A DNA stretch of 64,000 bases from an uncultured Pelagibacteraceae bacterium (GTDB lineage: Bacteria > Pseudomonadota > Alphaproteobacteria > Pelagibacterales > Pelagibacteraceae). The notes under the pieces were generated by a model. The model saw nothing but the letters and a program-made list of their open reading frames with translations. It was not told the DNA's origin and ran no database searches. Shown piece after piece: positions 49,309-59,715 of the stretch (position 1 is its first letter; each line of letters starts with the position of its first letter). The stretch spans positions 3,787 through 67,786 of the forward strand of contig CACKCM010000004.1 of NCBI GenBank assembly GCA_902598735.1, read 5' to 3'. The position numbers were made by a program, and so were the translations under genes.

Positions 49309-50249
49309 TGTGCCTTAGCGAACTGGCCGCCGTCTTTATATCTCCATAACCATTTTTTCATCTCTTCTTCAACATCTGTTGGATCTATATCAAGATCTTT
49401 TAATGTTAGATAATTATTGGAAACAACATTATCTGCTTCAGATAAAATTTCGCATTGGTCTCTGGTTAAAATCGGAGGGAAAGGAAGTAAATCCGTTATA
49501 CTACTCTGTATTTTTGCTATAGACATTGGCATTTCAATAACAAATCTTTTTTTATTAATAGTTGATAAAATTGACTTAACCATATCTCCAAAACTAATTA
49601 TTTTTGGTCCTCCAATTTCATAAATTTTACCTTCGTTATTTTTAATTTCGATTGCTTTTAATATCGAGCTTGCAACATCTGAAACTAAAATTGGTTGAAA
49701 CTTATAATTTTTACCAACAACCGGAATGACAGGCAATATACTTAATTTTGAAAAAAGATTGGTAAAATTATCTTCAGGACCACAAACTACGCTGGGTCTT
49801 ATGATTACTGTTTTTTTAAAATTTTCTAGTGTTTTTTGTTCACCTAAAAATTTTGATTTTTGATAGAGAGATTTTGATTTATCGTTAGCTCCAATAGCGC
49901 TAACATGAATAAATTTTTTTACATCTGACTCAGAACAAATCTTAGCAACGGCTTCAGGAATTTTTGAGTGAATATTATAAAATTTCTGTTTTCTATTCTC
50001 AAAAAGAATACCGATTAAATTCACGACTACATCTGAGTTTTTAATAGCTTCTTTCAAATCTGAAAAATTATTTGGATTCCAGTCTAAAAGTTCAATCGCG
50101 CCTGGTGTTGCTTGAGTCTTTAAATACCCTTTTTGAAAGGCTTTTCTAGTAGTAATAATGCATCTATAGTTTTTCTTGGTCAAATTTCGAACAAGATATC
50201 TGCCTATAAATCCCCCACCACCTAAGATTGTGCAAATTTGGTTTTTCAT
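49305..50249 (-). CDS. Complex I NDUFA9-like NAD(P)-binding SDR protein
   Basis: GGGGFIG, VVNLIGIL, HVSAIGA, Y..SK, RPSV and FQPI.V.DVA motifs. Confidence 0.88.
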   Translation of the reverse strand: MKNQICTILGGGGFIGRYLVRNLTKKNYRCIITTRKAFQKGYLKTQATPGAIELLDWNPNNFSDLKEAIKNSDVVVNLIGILFENRKQKFYNIHSKIPEAVAKICSESDVKKFIHVSAIGANDKSKSLYQKSKFLGEQKTLENFKKTVIIRPSVVCGPEDNFTNLFSKLSILPVIPVVGKNYKFQPILVSDVASSILKAIEIKNNEGKIYEIGGPKIISFGDMVKSILSTINKKRFVIEMPMSIAKIQSSITDLLPFPPILTRDQCEILSEADNVVSNNYLTLKDLDIDPTDVEEEMKKWLWRYKDGGQFAKAQ

Positions 50250-50266
50250 GGTATTTAAACTTATAT

Positions 50267-50890
50267 ATGAAAATTACTAAGATTAAAGAGGACATAACTT
50301 CAGAAATAGCTAATTCTTTTAAAGGCAGCATCGCAATTGACACTGAAGCGACAGGTCTACAAATTCCAGAGAGAGATAGATTAAGTTTAATACAAATTTC
50401 AGATGAAAACCAAAATGTATTTATAGTTCAACCTAATAAAGATAATTTTAAAGCACCAAATTTAGTTTCAGTTTTGGAAAATGATAAAATTTTAAAAATT
50501 GGACATTTTTTAAGATTTGACAAAAATGCTTTAGAATTTTTTTTAAAGTGTAAAATAAAAAATATATTCGATACAAAAATTGCTTCAAAAATTGTAAGAA
50601 CATACACTGATGCTCATGGTTTAAAAAATTTAGTTCAAGAATTTTGTAATAAATCTATTGATAAAAGGCAAGGCAGCAGTGATTGGAATAAAGATTTAGA
50701 TGAATTGACAAATAAGCAACTTGAATATGCCGCAAACGACGTAATCTATCTTCATAAAATAAAAACAGAACTTGAGAAGATGCTAATACGAGAAAAACGA
50801 ATAGACGTATTTAAAAAATGTTTAACCTTTTTAGACACGAGAGTAGAACTTGATCAAAAAGGATTTAAAGAGGATATATTTGAGCACTAA
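50267..50890 (+). CDS. rnd: Ribonuclease D (3'-5' DEDDy exonuclease)
   Basis: IDTE, H..RFD, FDTKIAS, SSDW and YAANDV motifs; ATG at 50267. Confidence 0.9.
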   Translation: MKITKIKEDITSEIANSFKGSIAIDTEATGLQIPERDRLSLIQISDENQNVFIVQPNKDNFKAPNLVSVLENDKILKIGHFLRFDKNALEFFLKCKIKNIFDTKIASKIVRTYTDAHGLKNLVQEFCNKSIDKRQGSSDWNKDLDELTNKQLEYAANDVIYLHKIKTELEKMLIREKRIDVFKKCLTFLDTRVELDQKGFKEDIFEH

Positions 50891-51867
50891 TGAAAAAAAA
50901 AAATTATACAGCATTAGCAAAAAATTCTGCTAATATTCAAATTAAAGAATTAAAAAAAATTAAAAAAGTTTTTAATAATTCTTTCTCAAAGGCAGTCGAC
51001 CTAATTCTAAATTGTAAAGGTAAAGTTATTTTTGCTGGTATTGGTAAATCTGGTTTAATAGCTAGAAAAATATCAGCTACCTTTTCAAGTGTTGGGATCC
51101 CTAGTTTTTTCTGTGATCCAGTCTCTGCTCTTCATGGAGACTTAGGGCAATTAGAAAAAAAAGATATCCTAATAATTTTTTCTTACTCTGGAAACACTTC
51201 TGAACTTACTAATATGTTGAAATATGCTAATCGTTTAAGGATTAAAATTATAGGGGTTGCATCAAAGTTGGACAGTATTCTATTAAAGGCAAGTGACATA
51301 AAATTAATTCTTCCAAAGGTTAAAGAGGCAGATGTTACTGGTATGGTTCCTACGTCTAGTACTACACTTACAATGCTTTTAGGTGACTGTTTGGCTACAA
51401 CAGTAATGTATCAAAAAAAATTCACGAAAGAAAATTTTAAACGCTTCCATCCTGGTGGTCAAATAGGAAACTCATTATTGCTGGCGAAAGATATAATGGT
51501 TTCAGGAAAAAAAATGCCTATTATAAATTATAACAAGAATTTTAAACATGCCTTAAGAATAATGAGTCAAAAAAAACTTGGTATTCTTGTAATTATAAGA
51601 AATAGATTTATACAAGGTTTAGTAACTGACGGTGATCTAAGAAGAGAATTAAAAAATTACTCCTCCGATAACAATTTAAAAAAATTTATGACTAAAAATC
51701 CTCTGGTTGTAAATGAAAATATGCCAGCATCAAAAGCTTTGGCAATTATGAATGAAAAAAAAATCACAAGTTTGTTGGTTGTTTCAGATAAAGACTTAAA
51801 AAAAACTAACAAAATTTTGAAAGGAATTATACATATTCATTTTCTTTTACAGAGTGGTATTAGATGA
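50890..51867 (+). CDS. kdsD: Arabinose-5-phosphate isomerase (KpsF/GutQ family)
   Basis: GIGKSG, HGDLG, PTSST, HPGG and a CBS pair. Confidence 0.94.
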   Translation: MKKKNYTALAKNSANIQIKELKKIKKVFNNSFSKAVDLILNCKGKVIFAGIGKSGLIARKISATFSSVGIPSFFCDPVSALHGDLGQLEKKDILIIFSYSGNTSELTNMLKYANRLRIKIIGVASKLDSILLKASDIKLILPKVKEADVTGMVPTSSTTLTMLLGDCLATTVMYQKKFTKENFKRFHPGGQIGNSLLLAKDIMVSGKKMPIINYNKNFKHALRIMSQKKLGILVIIRNRFIQGLVTDGDLRRELKNYSSDNNLKKFMTKNPLVVNENMPASKALAIMNEKKITSLLVVSDKDLKKTNKILKGIIHIHFLLQSGIR

Positions 51868-52469
51868 TTGAGAGGAAAAGAAAAATAAGATTAATTCAGT
51901 TAAGTTTACTGATATTTGGAATTTTTATTTTATATTTTACTTACGTTAATAGAGATAATAATCAAGAAAATAAGATACTAACAAAAGAAACTCAAAAGAA
52001 AGTGAGAGAGTCGATTGAAAAAAAGGGCGAAGAAAGTGATATTTTTTATAATATTGAGTACTCTGGTTTAGACTTTGAGGGAAACAGATACATAATTAAA
52101 TCTAAGGAGGCTTTTAACAAAAAAGATAATCAAGAAATTGTTAATATGAAAAATGTAGAGGCAAATTTTTATTTTAAAGATGATACAGTTTTGGAAATTT
52201 TCTCAAATCGCGCAATTTATAACAGTAAAACTTTGGATATAAGTTTTTTTGATGATATTAGGGCTAACTATGCAGGCAGCAAATTATCTGCTGAAAAAGC
52301 TGAGTATTCTAACTCAAAAAGTTTTCTCGTGGTGTCTGGAGATGTGAAAATTAATGATTTAAGAGGATCAATGGTTGCGGATAAGCTTTTATTTGATATA
52401 AAAAAGCAGACACTTGATATTGCATCAAATAATGAAAATAAAGTTAATGCAAACATAAATATTAAATGA
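51864..52469 (+). CDS. lptC: LPS export protein LptC-like
   Basis: N-terminal TM plus a beta-rich domain (Y.G.D..G..Y.I.S..A); lies between kdsD and lptB. Confidence 0.75.
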   Translation: MIERKRKIRLIQLSLLIFGIFILYFTYVNRDNNQENKILTKETQKKVRESIEKKGEESDIFYNIEYSGLDFEGNRYIIKSKEAFNKKDNQEIVNMKNVEANFYFKDDTVLEIFSNRAIYNSKTLDISFFDDIRANYAGSKLSAEKAEYSNSKSFLVVSGDVKINDLRGSMVADKLLFDIKKQTLDIASNNENKVNANINIK

Positions 52470-53221
52470 AAAAAGGCTTTAGAATTCTCAAATTTAAGAA
52501 AGATAAACCGATATTTGAAGTAAAAGATGTAAGTAAATCTTTTGACGGTAGGCCAATTTTAAAAAAACTTTCTTTAAAAGTTTTTCCCGGGGAATGCGTT
52601 GGAGTTTTGGGTCCTAATGGTTGTGGAAAAACAACTTTATTCTCTATGTGCATTGGTGAGCAAAACGTAGAAAGTGGAAAAATTTTTCTAAATAATAAAT
52701 CTATCGAACAAATTCCTATACACTTAAGATCTAAAGATGGTTTAGGTTATTTGCCTCAACAAAGAAGTGTTTTTAATATGTCTGTGTATGATAACATTCT
52801 AGGTATAGCTCAAATTTCAATTGAAGGAGTCGAGAATCAAAAATCGATAACGGAAAAACTTTTGGATGAATTTAATCTGCAGCACTTAAGGTCTCTCAAC
52901 GCTTCAGTATTATCCGGTGGTGAGATCAGGAGATTAATGATGGCAAGAGTAATGATCAACAAACCAAAAATTGTTTTGCTTGATGAACCGTTAGCAGCTT
53001 TAGATCCATTGGTAATACAAGATATTCAAAAATATATTTTGAAAATTCAATCAAGTGGAACTGCAATTTTAGTTACTGATCATAATGTAAAAAATTTATT
53101 TGATATCACTGATCGAAGCTACGTCCTTGGAGAACATACTGTAATTGCTGAAGGTACATCAAGAGAACTGTTAAAATCTACTAAAGCAATAGAACATTAC
53201 TTTGGCTCTCAATTTTCATAG
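52466..53221 (+). CDS. lptB: LPS export ABC ATPase
   Basis: GPNGCGKTT, GYLPQ, LSGGE.RR, LLDEP and TDHNV motifs. Confidence 0.92.
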   Translation: MKKGFRILKFKKDKPIFEVKDVSKSFDGRPILKKLSLKVFPGECVGVLGPNGCGKTTLFSMCIGEQNVESGKIFLNNKSIEQIPIHLRSKDGLGYLPQQRSVFNMSVYDNILGIAQISIEGVENQKSITEKLLDEFNLQHLRSLNASVLSGGEIRRLMMARVMINKPKIVLLDEPLAALDPLVIQDIQKYILKIQSSGTAILVTDHNVKNLFDITDRSYVLGEHTVIAEGTSRELLKSTKAIEHYFGSQFS

Positions 53222-53223
53222 TA

Positions 53224-54570
53224 ATGCCAAGAAAAAGTTTTAACCTGCTTCTAAATAGTAAAATTTCACCATTTAATAAATTGATTAAAGTAGATTCTGA
53301 TAAGTCAATTTCTATAAGAAGTTTTTTAATTGGCTCAATAAGTCAAAATATTTCATCTGCAAAGAATGTGCTTGAGTCTGATGATGTTTTATCAACAATA
53401 AATTGTTTAAAAAAGTTAGGTGTAAAAATCGTAAAGAAGAAACCTGGTGAATATTTTATTTTTGGAAAAGGTTTAGGTTCTTTTGTTGCTAAAAAAAATG
53501 TTGAACTTAATTTTGGTAACTCTGGCACACTTGCAAGACTTTTAATTGGAATATTATCCACTACTCCGAATATTGATTTGAAAGTAAGAGGTGATCACTC
53601 ATTGAATAAAAGAAGTATGAAAAAGTTAATTCAGTTAATGTCTGAATTTGGTGCAACATTTCTTCCTAAAAAAAAGTTTAATTTTCCTCTGAAAATAATT
53701 TCAACGGATTTACCGATTGGAATTACATATAACGCAGGTGTATCAGCTCAATTAAAAAGCGCTGTTATATTTGCCGGGCTAAATTCTTATGGTAATACTA
53801 AAATTATTGAAAGACAAGCAAGTCGTGATCATACAGAAAACATGCTCTTAGAAAACACTGCTGCATTAAAAATATCAAAAAAAAAAAATAGAATTATAAA
53901 TATTTTTGGAAAAAAACATTTAAATACTATTAAAATTGATGTTCCAGGAGATCCTTCTTCTGCAGCTTTTTATTCAGCCTTAACTTTACTTAACAATAAG
54001 TCTTCAATCAAAATAAAAGGTGTTGGTCTTAATCAAACAAGAATCGGATTTTATAAAATTTTACAAAGACACGGCGCAAAAATTGTATTTAAAAATTTAA
54101 AAAAAAAAAACAATGAATTGATAGGTGATATTCTGGTTAAGAACAGTGTATTAAGGCCAATCAAAGTGGAAAAAAAATATTATGTCAATTCTACAGATGA
54201 ATACCCAATATTATTTGTTATTGCTGGTTTAACTAAAGGAAAATCTATATTTAAAGGAATTGGAGATCTTGCTAACAAAGAAAGTAACAGAATTAAAGAA
54301 ATGCAAAATATTTTAAAACAAATTGGGGTAAAGAGTAAATTTTCAAAAAATAATCTAATTATTCATGGAAAAGAAAAAAATAGTTTTAAAAAAAAGAAAA
54401 TAACAGTTAAAAATTTAGGTGATCATAGAATTTGTATGTCATCATTTGTGTTATCAATAATTATCGGCGCCAAAACAAGAATAAAGAATTTTGAGACTGT
54501 GAACACTTCTTCACCATCGTTTTTAAAAATCATGAAAAAAATAGGAGCAAAATTTGAAAAATATCGATAA
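53224..54570 (+). CDS. aroA: EPSP synthase
   Basis: DKSIS.R, GNSGT.ARL, SAQLKSA, RDHTE, DPSSA, KESNR and DHRI motifs. Confidence 0.95.
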   Translation: MPRKSFNLLLNSKISPFNKLIKVDSDKSISIRSFLIGSISQNISSAKNVLESDDVLSTINCLKKLGVKIVKKKPGEYFIFGKGLGSFVAKKNVELNFGNSGTLARLLIGILSTTPNIDLKVRGDHSLNKRSMKKLIQLMSEFGATFLPKKKFNFPLKIISTDLPIGITYNAGVSAQLKSAVIFAGLNSYGNTKIIERQASRDHTENMLLENTAALKISKKKNRIINIFGKKHLNTIKIDVPGDPSSAAFYSALTLLNNKSSIKIKGVGLNQTRIGFYKILQRHGAKIVFKNLKKKNNELIGDILVKNSVLRPIKVEKKYYVNSTDEYPILFVIAGLTKGKSIFKGIGDLANKESNRIKEMQNILKQIGVKSKFSKNNLIIHGKEKNSFKKKKITVKNLGDHRICMSSFVLSIIIGAKTRIKNFETVNTSSPSFLKIMKKIGAKFEKYR

Positions 54571-55210
54571 ATCTATTCAGATTTCATGTGATGGGGGAGC
54601 CGCTACTGGAAAATCGACTGGTGCTAAAATGATATCTAAAAAATATAAACTAAAATTTTTATCTTCTGGTTTATTATATAGATATTCAAGTTTCTTAATT
54701 TTAAAACATAGGCCTAAAAATAATGTAAGTTTAATAAAAAAAAAATTTAGGAGACTAGATTTATTGAAATTAAAAAAGATCAATTTACATTCTCCCAAAA
54801 TTTCTGAACATTCAGCTTTTATAGCGAAAGATAAGAAAATTAGGAATATTTTAAAAAAATTTCAGATTGATTTTTCAAAAAAAAATAGAAATTGTTGTAT
54901 AGAAGGAAGAGATATTTCAACAAAAATACTTCCAAAATCTGATATAAAATTTTTTTTTATTTGTAATTTGAAAACTGCAGCTTTAAGAAGATTTAAGGAG
55001 TTAAAAAAAAATAATCCAAGTTTAAAATTAAAAGATGTACAAAAAGCCCTTAGAATAAGAAATTTACTAGATACAAATAGAAAACACTCCCCTTTACTTA
55101 AACATAGAAATTCGATAGAAATCGACACCGGTAAATTAAGTAAACAAGCAATGTTAGCTAAAATGTCTAAATATGTTGAAAAATTACTGAAAAAAAAATA
55201 TGGAAAGTAA
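54554..55210 (+). CDS. cmk: Cytidylate kinase
   Basis: DG.A.TGKST, SG.LYR, EGRDI and R..SPL; aroA-cmk-rpsA synteny. Confidence 0.9.
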   Translation: MKNIDKSIQISCDGGAATGKSTGAKMISKKYKLKFLSSGLLYRYSSFLILKHRPKNNVSLIKKKFRRLDLLKLKKINLHSPKISEHSAFIAKDKKIRNILKKFQIDFSKKNRNCCIEGRDISTKILPKSDIKFFFICNLKTAALRRFKELKKNNPSLKLKDVQKALRIRNLLDTNRKHSPLLKHRNSIEIDTGKLSKQAMLAKMSKYVEKLLKKKYGK

Positions 55211-56921
55211 GCAAGAATTAAAAAAAAATAATAATCTTCACAAGGAATTTCAAAACCTTCTTGATCAGGATTTTAAAGATAGAAGGCTTAAAGAAAACGA
55301 AATTATCAAAGCCAAAGTTACTGAAATTACAAAAAACTATATTGTTGTTGATTGTAAAGCCAAAATGGAAGGAATGATACCTATAGAGGAATTTAGAAAT
55401 GATGATGAGTTATCAAAATTAAAAATAGGTTCCCAAATAGATGTTTTTTTAGAGAGAATCGAAAGCTTTAAAGGAGAAATTATAATCTCTAGAGATAAGG
55501 CAAGAAAAATGAAAGCTTGGAAGAAAATGGAAAAAGTTTTTGAAACCCAAGAGGAAATGACAGGATACATTACTGGTAAAGTAAAAGGTGGCTTTATAGC
55601 AAATGTAATGGGCCTTCCTTGTTTCATGCCCTCATCACAAATTGATGTAAGACCATTGAAAAAAATTGATCATCTGATGAATACCCCTTTAAAAGTGATT
55701 GCTACAAGAATTGATAAGAATCGCGGAAATGTTTGTGTATCTAGAAGAGCTGTTCTTGAAAAAAGCAAAAATGCGGAAATTACTAAAGCTTTAAAAAATA
55801 TTAAAGAAGGTGATATTGTTGAAGATGCATTAGTTAAGGCCACTACTGATTGGGGTATTTTTTTAGATATTAATGGAGTTGATGCACTATTACACGTTTC
55901 AGATTTAAGTCACGGAAGAGTAAAAAAACCTTCAGATTTAGTTACTATAGGACAAAAATTAAAGGTAAAGATAACCAAAATTGATGAAAAAACAAATCGT
56001 GTGTCTGCTTCAGTTAAAGCTTTAACTGAAGACCCTTTTCAAAATATTGAGAAAAAATATAAAGTTGGGGAAGTTTATGAGGGAGTTGTAACTAAAATTA
56101 TGGACTATGGATGTTTCGTTAAAATCGAGGATGGTATTGAGGGATTAATCCATAATTCAGAATTAGATTGGACAAACAGAAATATAAAACCAAATAAAAT
56201 CTTTTCAGTATCTCAAAAAATAAAATTCAAAATTGTAAATATCGATAAAGAAACAAAAAGAATATCTCTTTCTTATAAAGCTACTTTAGAAAACCCATGG
56301 GATAAAATTAAAAATAAAATTGGCGAGGAAGTAAAAATTAAAATAAGTAATATCACTGATAAAGCTATATTTGGCGAACTTACAGACTCAGGTTTATCGG
56401 GAATGCTTCATTATAAAGAAATATCATATGATGAGAATTTTGATGATCTTAAAAAATTCAAAAAAAATGATCAAATAAAAGTTAAAATTTTAGACGTCAA
56501 GGATGACAAAATAAGATTTTCAAAAAGAGCTTTAGAAAAAGATCCTCTTGATTGGTTTAAAGATAATAATAAGAAAGTCGGAGATGTTATCACAACTAGA
56601 ATTCATGAAGTTTTAAAGACAGGTGTAAAAGTTTCAATTGATAGAGATAAAAAAATTATAGCAATGATTAAAAAAGCCGACTTAGCTAAAGATACTGCTG
56701 ATGCCAGACCAGAAGTATTTTCTCCGGGAAATGCTTTAGATGCTAAAATTATTGAATTAGATGTTAAAATTAGAAAAGTTAAATTGAGTGTTAAAGCTGC
56801 TCAAATTGATGAGGAAAAGTCATTAATAGCAAAATTTGGTGAGGGTGCAACTAAATCAGGAGCTACGCTTAAAGGTATATTCGAAAAAGCTATAGGTAAA
56901 AAGGAAAAAAAAGAAAAGTAA
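55200..56921 (+). CDS. rpsA: 30S ribosomal protein S1
   Basis: Multiple S1 repeats (KVKGGF, F.P.SQID, LLHVSD, GLIH.SEL.W). Confidence 0.96.
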   Translation: MESKQELKKNNNLHKEFQNLLDQDFKDRRLKENEIIKAKVTEITKNYIVVDCKAKMEGMIPIEEFRNDDELSKLKIGSQIDVFLERIESFKGEIIISRDKARKMKAWKKMEKVFETQEEMTGYITGKVKGGFIANVMGLPCFMPSSQIDVRPLKKIDHLMNTPLKVIATRIDKNRGNVCVSRRAVLEKSKNAEITKALKNIKEGDIVEDALVKATTDWGIFLDINGVDALLHVSDLSHGRVKKPSDLVTIGQKLKVKITKIDEKTNRVSASVKALTEDPFQNIEKKYKVGEVYEGVVTKIMDYGCFVKIEDGIEGLIHNSELDWTNRNIKPNKIFSVSQKIKFKIVNIDKETKRISLSYKATLENPWDKIKNKIGEEVKIKISNITDKAIFGELTDSGLSGMLHYKEISYDENFDDLKKFKKNDQIKVKILDVKDDKIRFSKRALEKDPLDWFKDNNKKVGDVITTRIHEVLKTGVKVSIDRDKKIIAMIKKADLAKDTADARPEVFSPGNALDAKIIELDVKIRKVKLSVKAAQIDEEKSLIAKFGEGATKSGATLKGIFEKAIGKKEKKEK

Positions 56922-57203
56922 TTGTCTAGAAAAAGACTTATCAATCAGCTAAAAGAAAAAAATTCCAATATTAATGTTTCTTATTTAGAAAATGTAGTTG
57001 ATATCTTCAGCGAAAGTATCTCGCTTGCTCTTATGAAAAAAAAAAAAATAGAAATAAGAGGTTTTGGTACTTTTTTTATTAAAAAGATTAAAGAAAAATA
57101 CTCAGCTAGAAATCCAAAAACAGGAGAACTTATATATGTTCCAGAAAAAAATAAAGTAAGATTTAAGTCAAGCAAAAAACTTATAGAATTTATAAATAAA
57201 TGA
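56922..57203 (+). CDS. ihfB: Integration host factor beta (HU/IHF family)
   Basis: EIRGFG.F and ARNPKTGE; follows rpsA. Confidence 0.88.
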   Translation: MSRKRLINQLKEKNSNINVSYLENVVDIFSESISLALMKKKKIEIRGFGTFFIKKIKEKYSARNPKTGELIYVPEKNKVRFKSSKKLIEFINK

Positions 57204-57874
57204 AAAAACCTAAAATTTTTATTGCATGTGATACTACTAATTTGAAAAAAGTTAATCGGATAATTGAGGAAACAAAAAATTCAAAATTAATTTTTGGTTA
57301 TAAATTTGGTTTAGAATTTTTAAATTCTAAAAAGGGTAGAAATTTTATTTCTAAATTAAAAAAAAAGATTGTATTTGGAGATTATAAAATAGCTGATATA
57401 CCAAACACTTCTGCTTCTGCAATAAAAGCTGTTAAAGATTTAAAATTAAATTACATAACTATTCACATAAGTTCAGGCTTAAAAGCTTTAGAAGCTGCAA
57501 AAAAAGTTTCAGGCAAAACTAAATTAATTGGAGTTACTATACTTACCTCATTAGATAATAAGGCTTTAAAAGAGATTGGATATAATAAAGATGTAAAAAA
57601 ATTAGTTCTTAAACAAGCAAAGCTAGCCTCAAAGGCTAAATTAGATGCAATTGTTTGTAGCCCATTGGAAATTAAATTAGTAAAGAAGGTTTTCAAAAAA
57701 GAAATAATTACACCAGGAATTAGACTGCCTGGGGACAAAAAGGGAGATCAAAGTAGAGTAATGACCCCTAAACTAGCATTTAAGAATGGAGCATCGGCTT
57801 TAGTTATTGGTCGTAGTCTAACAAAAGGTAATATAAAGAATAATATCCAAAAACTCATTAGAGAATTAAAATAG
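57200..57874 (+). CDS. pyrF: Orotidine-5'-phosphate decarboxylase
   Basis: D.K..DIPNT, VTILTS, TPGIR, DQ.R..TP and VIGR motifs. Confidence 0.95.
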   Translation: MKKPKIFIACDTTNLKKVNRIIEETKNSKLIFGYKFGLEFLNSKKGRNFISKLKKKIVFGDYKIADIPNTSASAIKAVKDLKLNYITIHISSGLKALEAAKKVSGKTKLIGVTILTSLDNKALKEIGYNKDVKKLVLKQAKLASKAKLDAIVCSPLEIKLVKKVFKKEIITPGIRLPGDKKGDQSRVMTPKLAFKNGASALVIGRSLTKGNIKNNIQKLIRELK

Positions 57875-57875
57875 T

Positions 57876-58490
57876 ATGAAAGTAAAAATTTGTGGCTTAC
57901 AGCCAGCCAGAGATGTTCAGATATGTATTGATTTAGGAATAAATTTTTTAGGTTTTGTCTTTTATAAAAGATCACCAAGAAATATTAATTTAGAAGATAT
58001 TAAAAAATTAAAAAAATTTAATAAGCAAAACTCGTCATTTGTAGCTGTAACTGTGAATCCAGATGATGAATTTATAAAAAGTCAGGTTATTGGAAATTTT
58101 GATTATATTCAGCTTCATGGCTCTGAAACAAGTGAAAGGGTGAGCGAAATTAAATCAATGGGGCTAAAAATAATTAAAGCAATAAAAATAAAAGATGAGG
58201 CTGACATAAAATGTTACAAACAATATGAAAATGCCGATGTTATTTTGTTCGATACACCTGGCATGGAGAAGTCAATTCAATTTCCAGAAGATTTAATCTC
58301 AAAACTTCCCAAAGGCAAAAAATATGCTTTAGCAGGATCTATTTCAGAAAATAATCTTGAAAATATTGCAAAATTAGGTGTTACCTTTTGTGATTTATCG
58401 AGTAGCTTGGAATTAGATACGCAAATAGGATACAAAGATCATTTAAAAATAAAAAAATTTATTAAAAAAGTAAATGAGCTTAAAAATTAA
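57876..58490 (+). CDS. trpF: Phosphoribosylanthranilate isomerase
   Basis: VKICG, GFVF...SPR, QLHG.E, LAGS and DLSS.LE; upstream of trpB. Confidence 0.9.
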   Translation: MKVKICGLQPARDVQICIDLGINFLGFVFYKRSPRNINLEDIKKLKKFNKQNSSFVAVTVNPDDEFIKSQVIGNFDYIQLHGSETSERVSEIKSMGLKIIKAIKIKDEADIKCYKQYENADVILFDTPGMEKSIQFPEDLISKLPKGKKYALAGSISENNLENIAKLGVTFCDLSSSLELDTQIGYKDHLKIKKFIKKVNELKN

Positions 58491-59715
58491 AAAAGGTATA
58501 CCCTTAATTGATCAACATGATAAAAATGGCATGTGGGGTGGTAAATTTGGTGGTAGTTTTGTTCCAGAAACTTTAAAAAAACCAATAGAAGATTTAACAA
58601 ACTTATTTTCAAAACTTAGAAATGATAAAAGTTTTATTAAAGAAAGAGATTATCATTTTGAAAATTATGTAGGAACCCCAACGCCTTTAATTAAATTGGA
58701 TAATCTGACTGATCATTTAGGTGGGGCACAGCTATGGGCTAAAGTCGTTTCTGAAAATCCTGGGACTGCGCATAAGGTATACGCTTGTATAGTCCACTGT
58801 TTAATTGCAAAGCGGGCAGGCAAACGTTACGTATGCACAGATACAGGTGCAGGAATGCAAGGTAAAAATTTAGCAATGGTGGCAAAAAAATTTGGTTTGA
58901 AAGCTAAAATTTTTATGGGTTTAAGAGACTTAGTGCGCCAGAAAAAAAATGTAGATGTAATGAAAAAATATGGAGCTGAAGTTGTACCTGTGACTTCTGG
59001 AAGTCAAACACTAGTTGATGCTGTAAGTGAGTCTATGAGATATTGGGTTGCAAATTGTCAGGACGTCCACATGGTTATTGGCTCAACAGTTGGTCCGTCG
59101 ATCTTTGTAAAAATTTCGGGGTACAGTACCTCTCAAATTTCTAGAGAATTAAAAGTGCAGTTAATAGAAGAATTCGGAAAGATCCCTAATAAACTTAAAT
59201 TACTTAATTGTGTAGGTGGAGGCTCAAGCGCTTACGGTTTCTGGAGTGAATTTATTGATTATGATAAAAGGCATGTGAATTTGATTGGCGTAGAGGCCGG
59301 AGGTTCAAAAAATAGTAAACTTCATGCTGCACCTTTGAGTAATAATTCTAAACTTGGTATTCTTCATGGAGCTAAAGCTTATTGTATTCAAGACAAAGAT
59401 GGTCAAATTGGTGAAACAGAAAGTCTTTCAAGTGGACTTGATTATCCATCGGTAAGCCCTTTACATTGTTTTTTAAAAGACGCAGGAAGAGCTGAATATA
59501 CTTCAGCAACTGACGAGGAGGCATTAAATGCTTATAAACTAGTTTCGAAGTTGGAAAATATATCTCCTTCTCTTGAGCCAAGTCATGCATTTGCAACTGC
59601 AATTTCTCTTGCTCCTAAACTTAGTAAAGATACTATTTTATGTATAGATAGCTGCGGACATTCTTTAAAAGACTCTGATATTATAAAAGAAAAACTTGGA
59701 TTTTATACTGAATGA
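58474..59715 (+). CDS. trpB: Tryptophan synthase beta chain, divergent active site
   Basis: G.FGG.FVPE, TPL, AHK (PLP Lys), CVGGGS, GLDYP and LE.SHA; trpF-trpB-trpA synteny. Confidence 0.85.
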   Translation: MSLKIKKGIPLIDQHDKNGMWGGKFGGSFVPETLKKPIEDLTNLFSKLRNDKSFIKERDYHFENYVGTPTPLIKLDNLTDHLGGAQLWAKVVSENPGTAHKVYACIVHCLIAKRAGKRYVCTDTGAGMQGKNLAMVAKKFGLKAKIFMGLRDLVRQKKNVDVMKKYGAEVVPVTSGSQTLVDAVSESMRYWVANCQDVHMVIGSTVGPSIFVKISGYSTSQISRELKVQLIEEFGKIPNKLKLLNCVGGGSSAYGFWSEFIDYDKRHVNLIGVEAGGSKNSKLHAAPLSNNSKLGILHGAKAYCIQDKDGQIGETESLSSGLDYPSVSPLHCFLKDAGRAEYTSATDEEALNAYKLVSKLENISPSLEPSHAFATAISLAPKLSKDTILCIDSCGHSLKDSDIIKEKLGFYTE

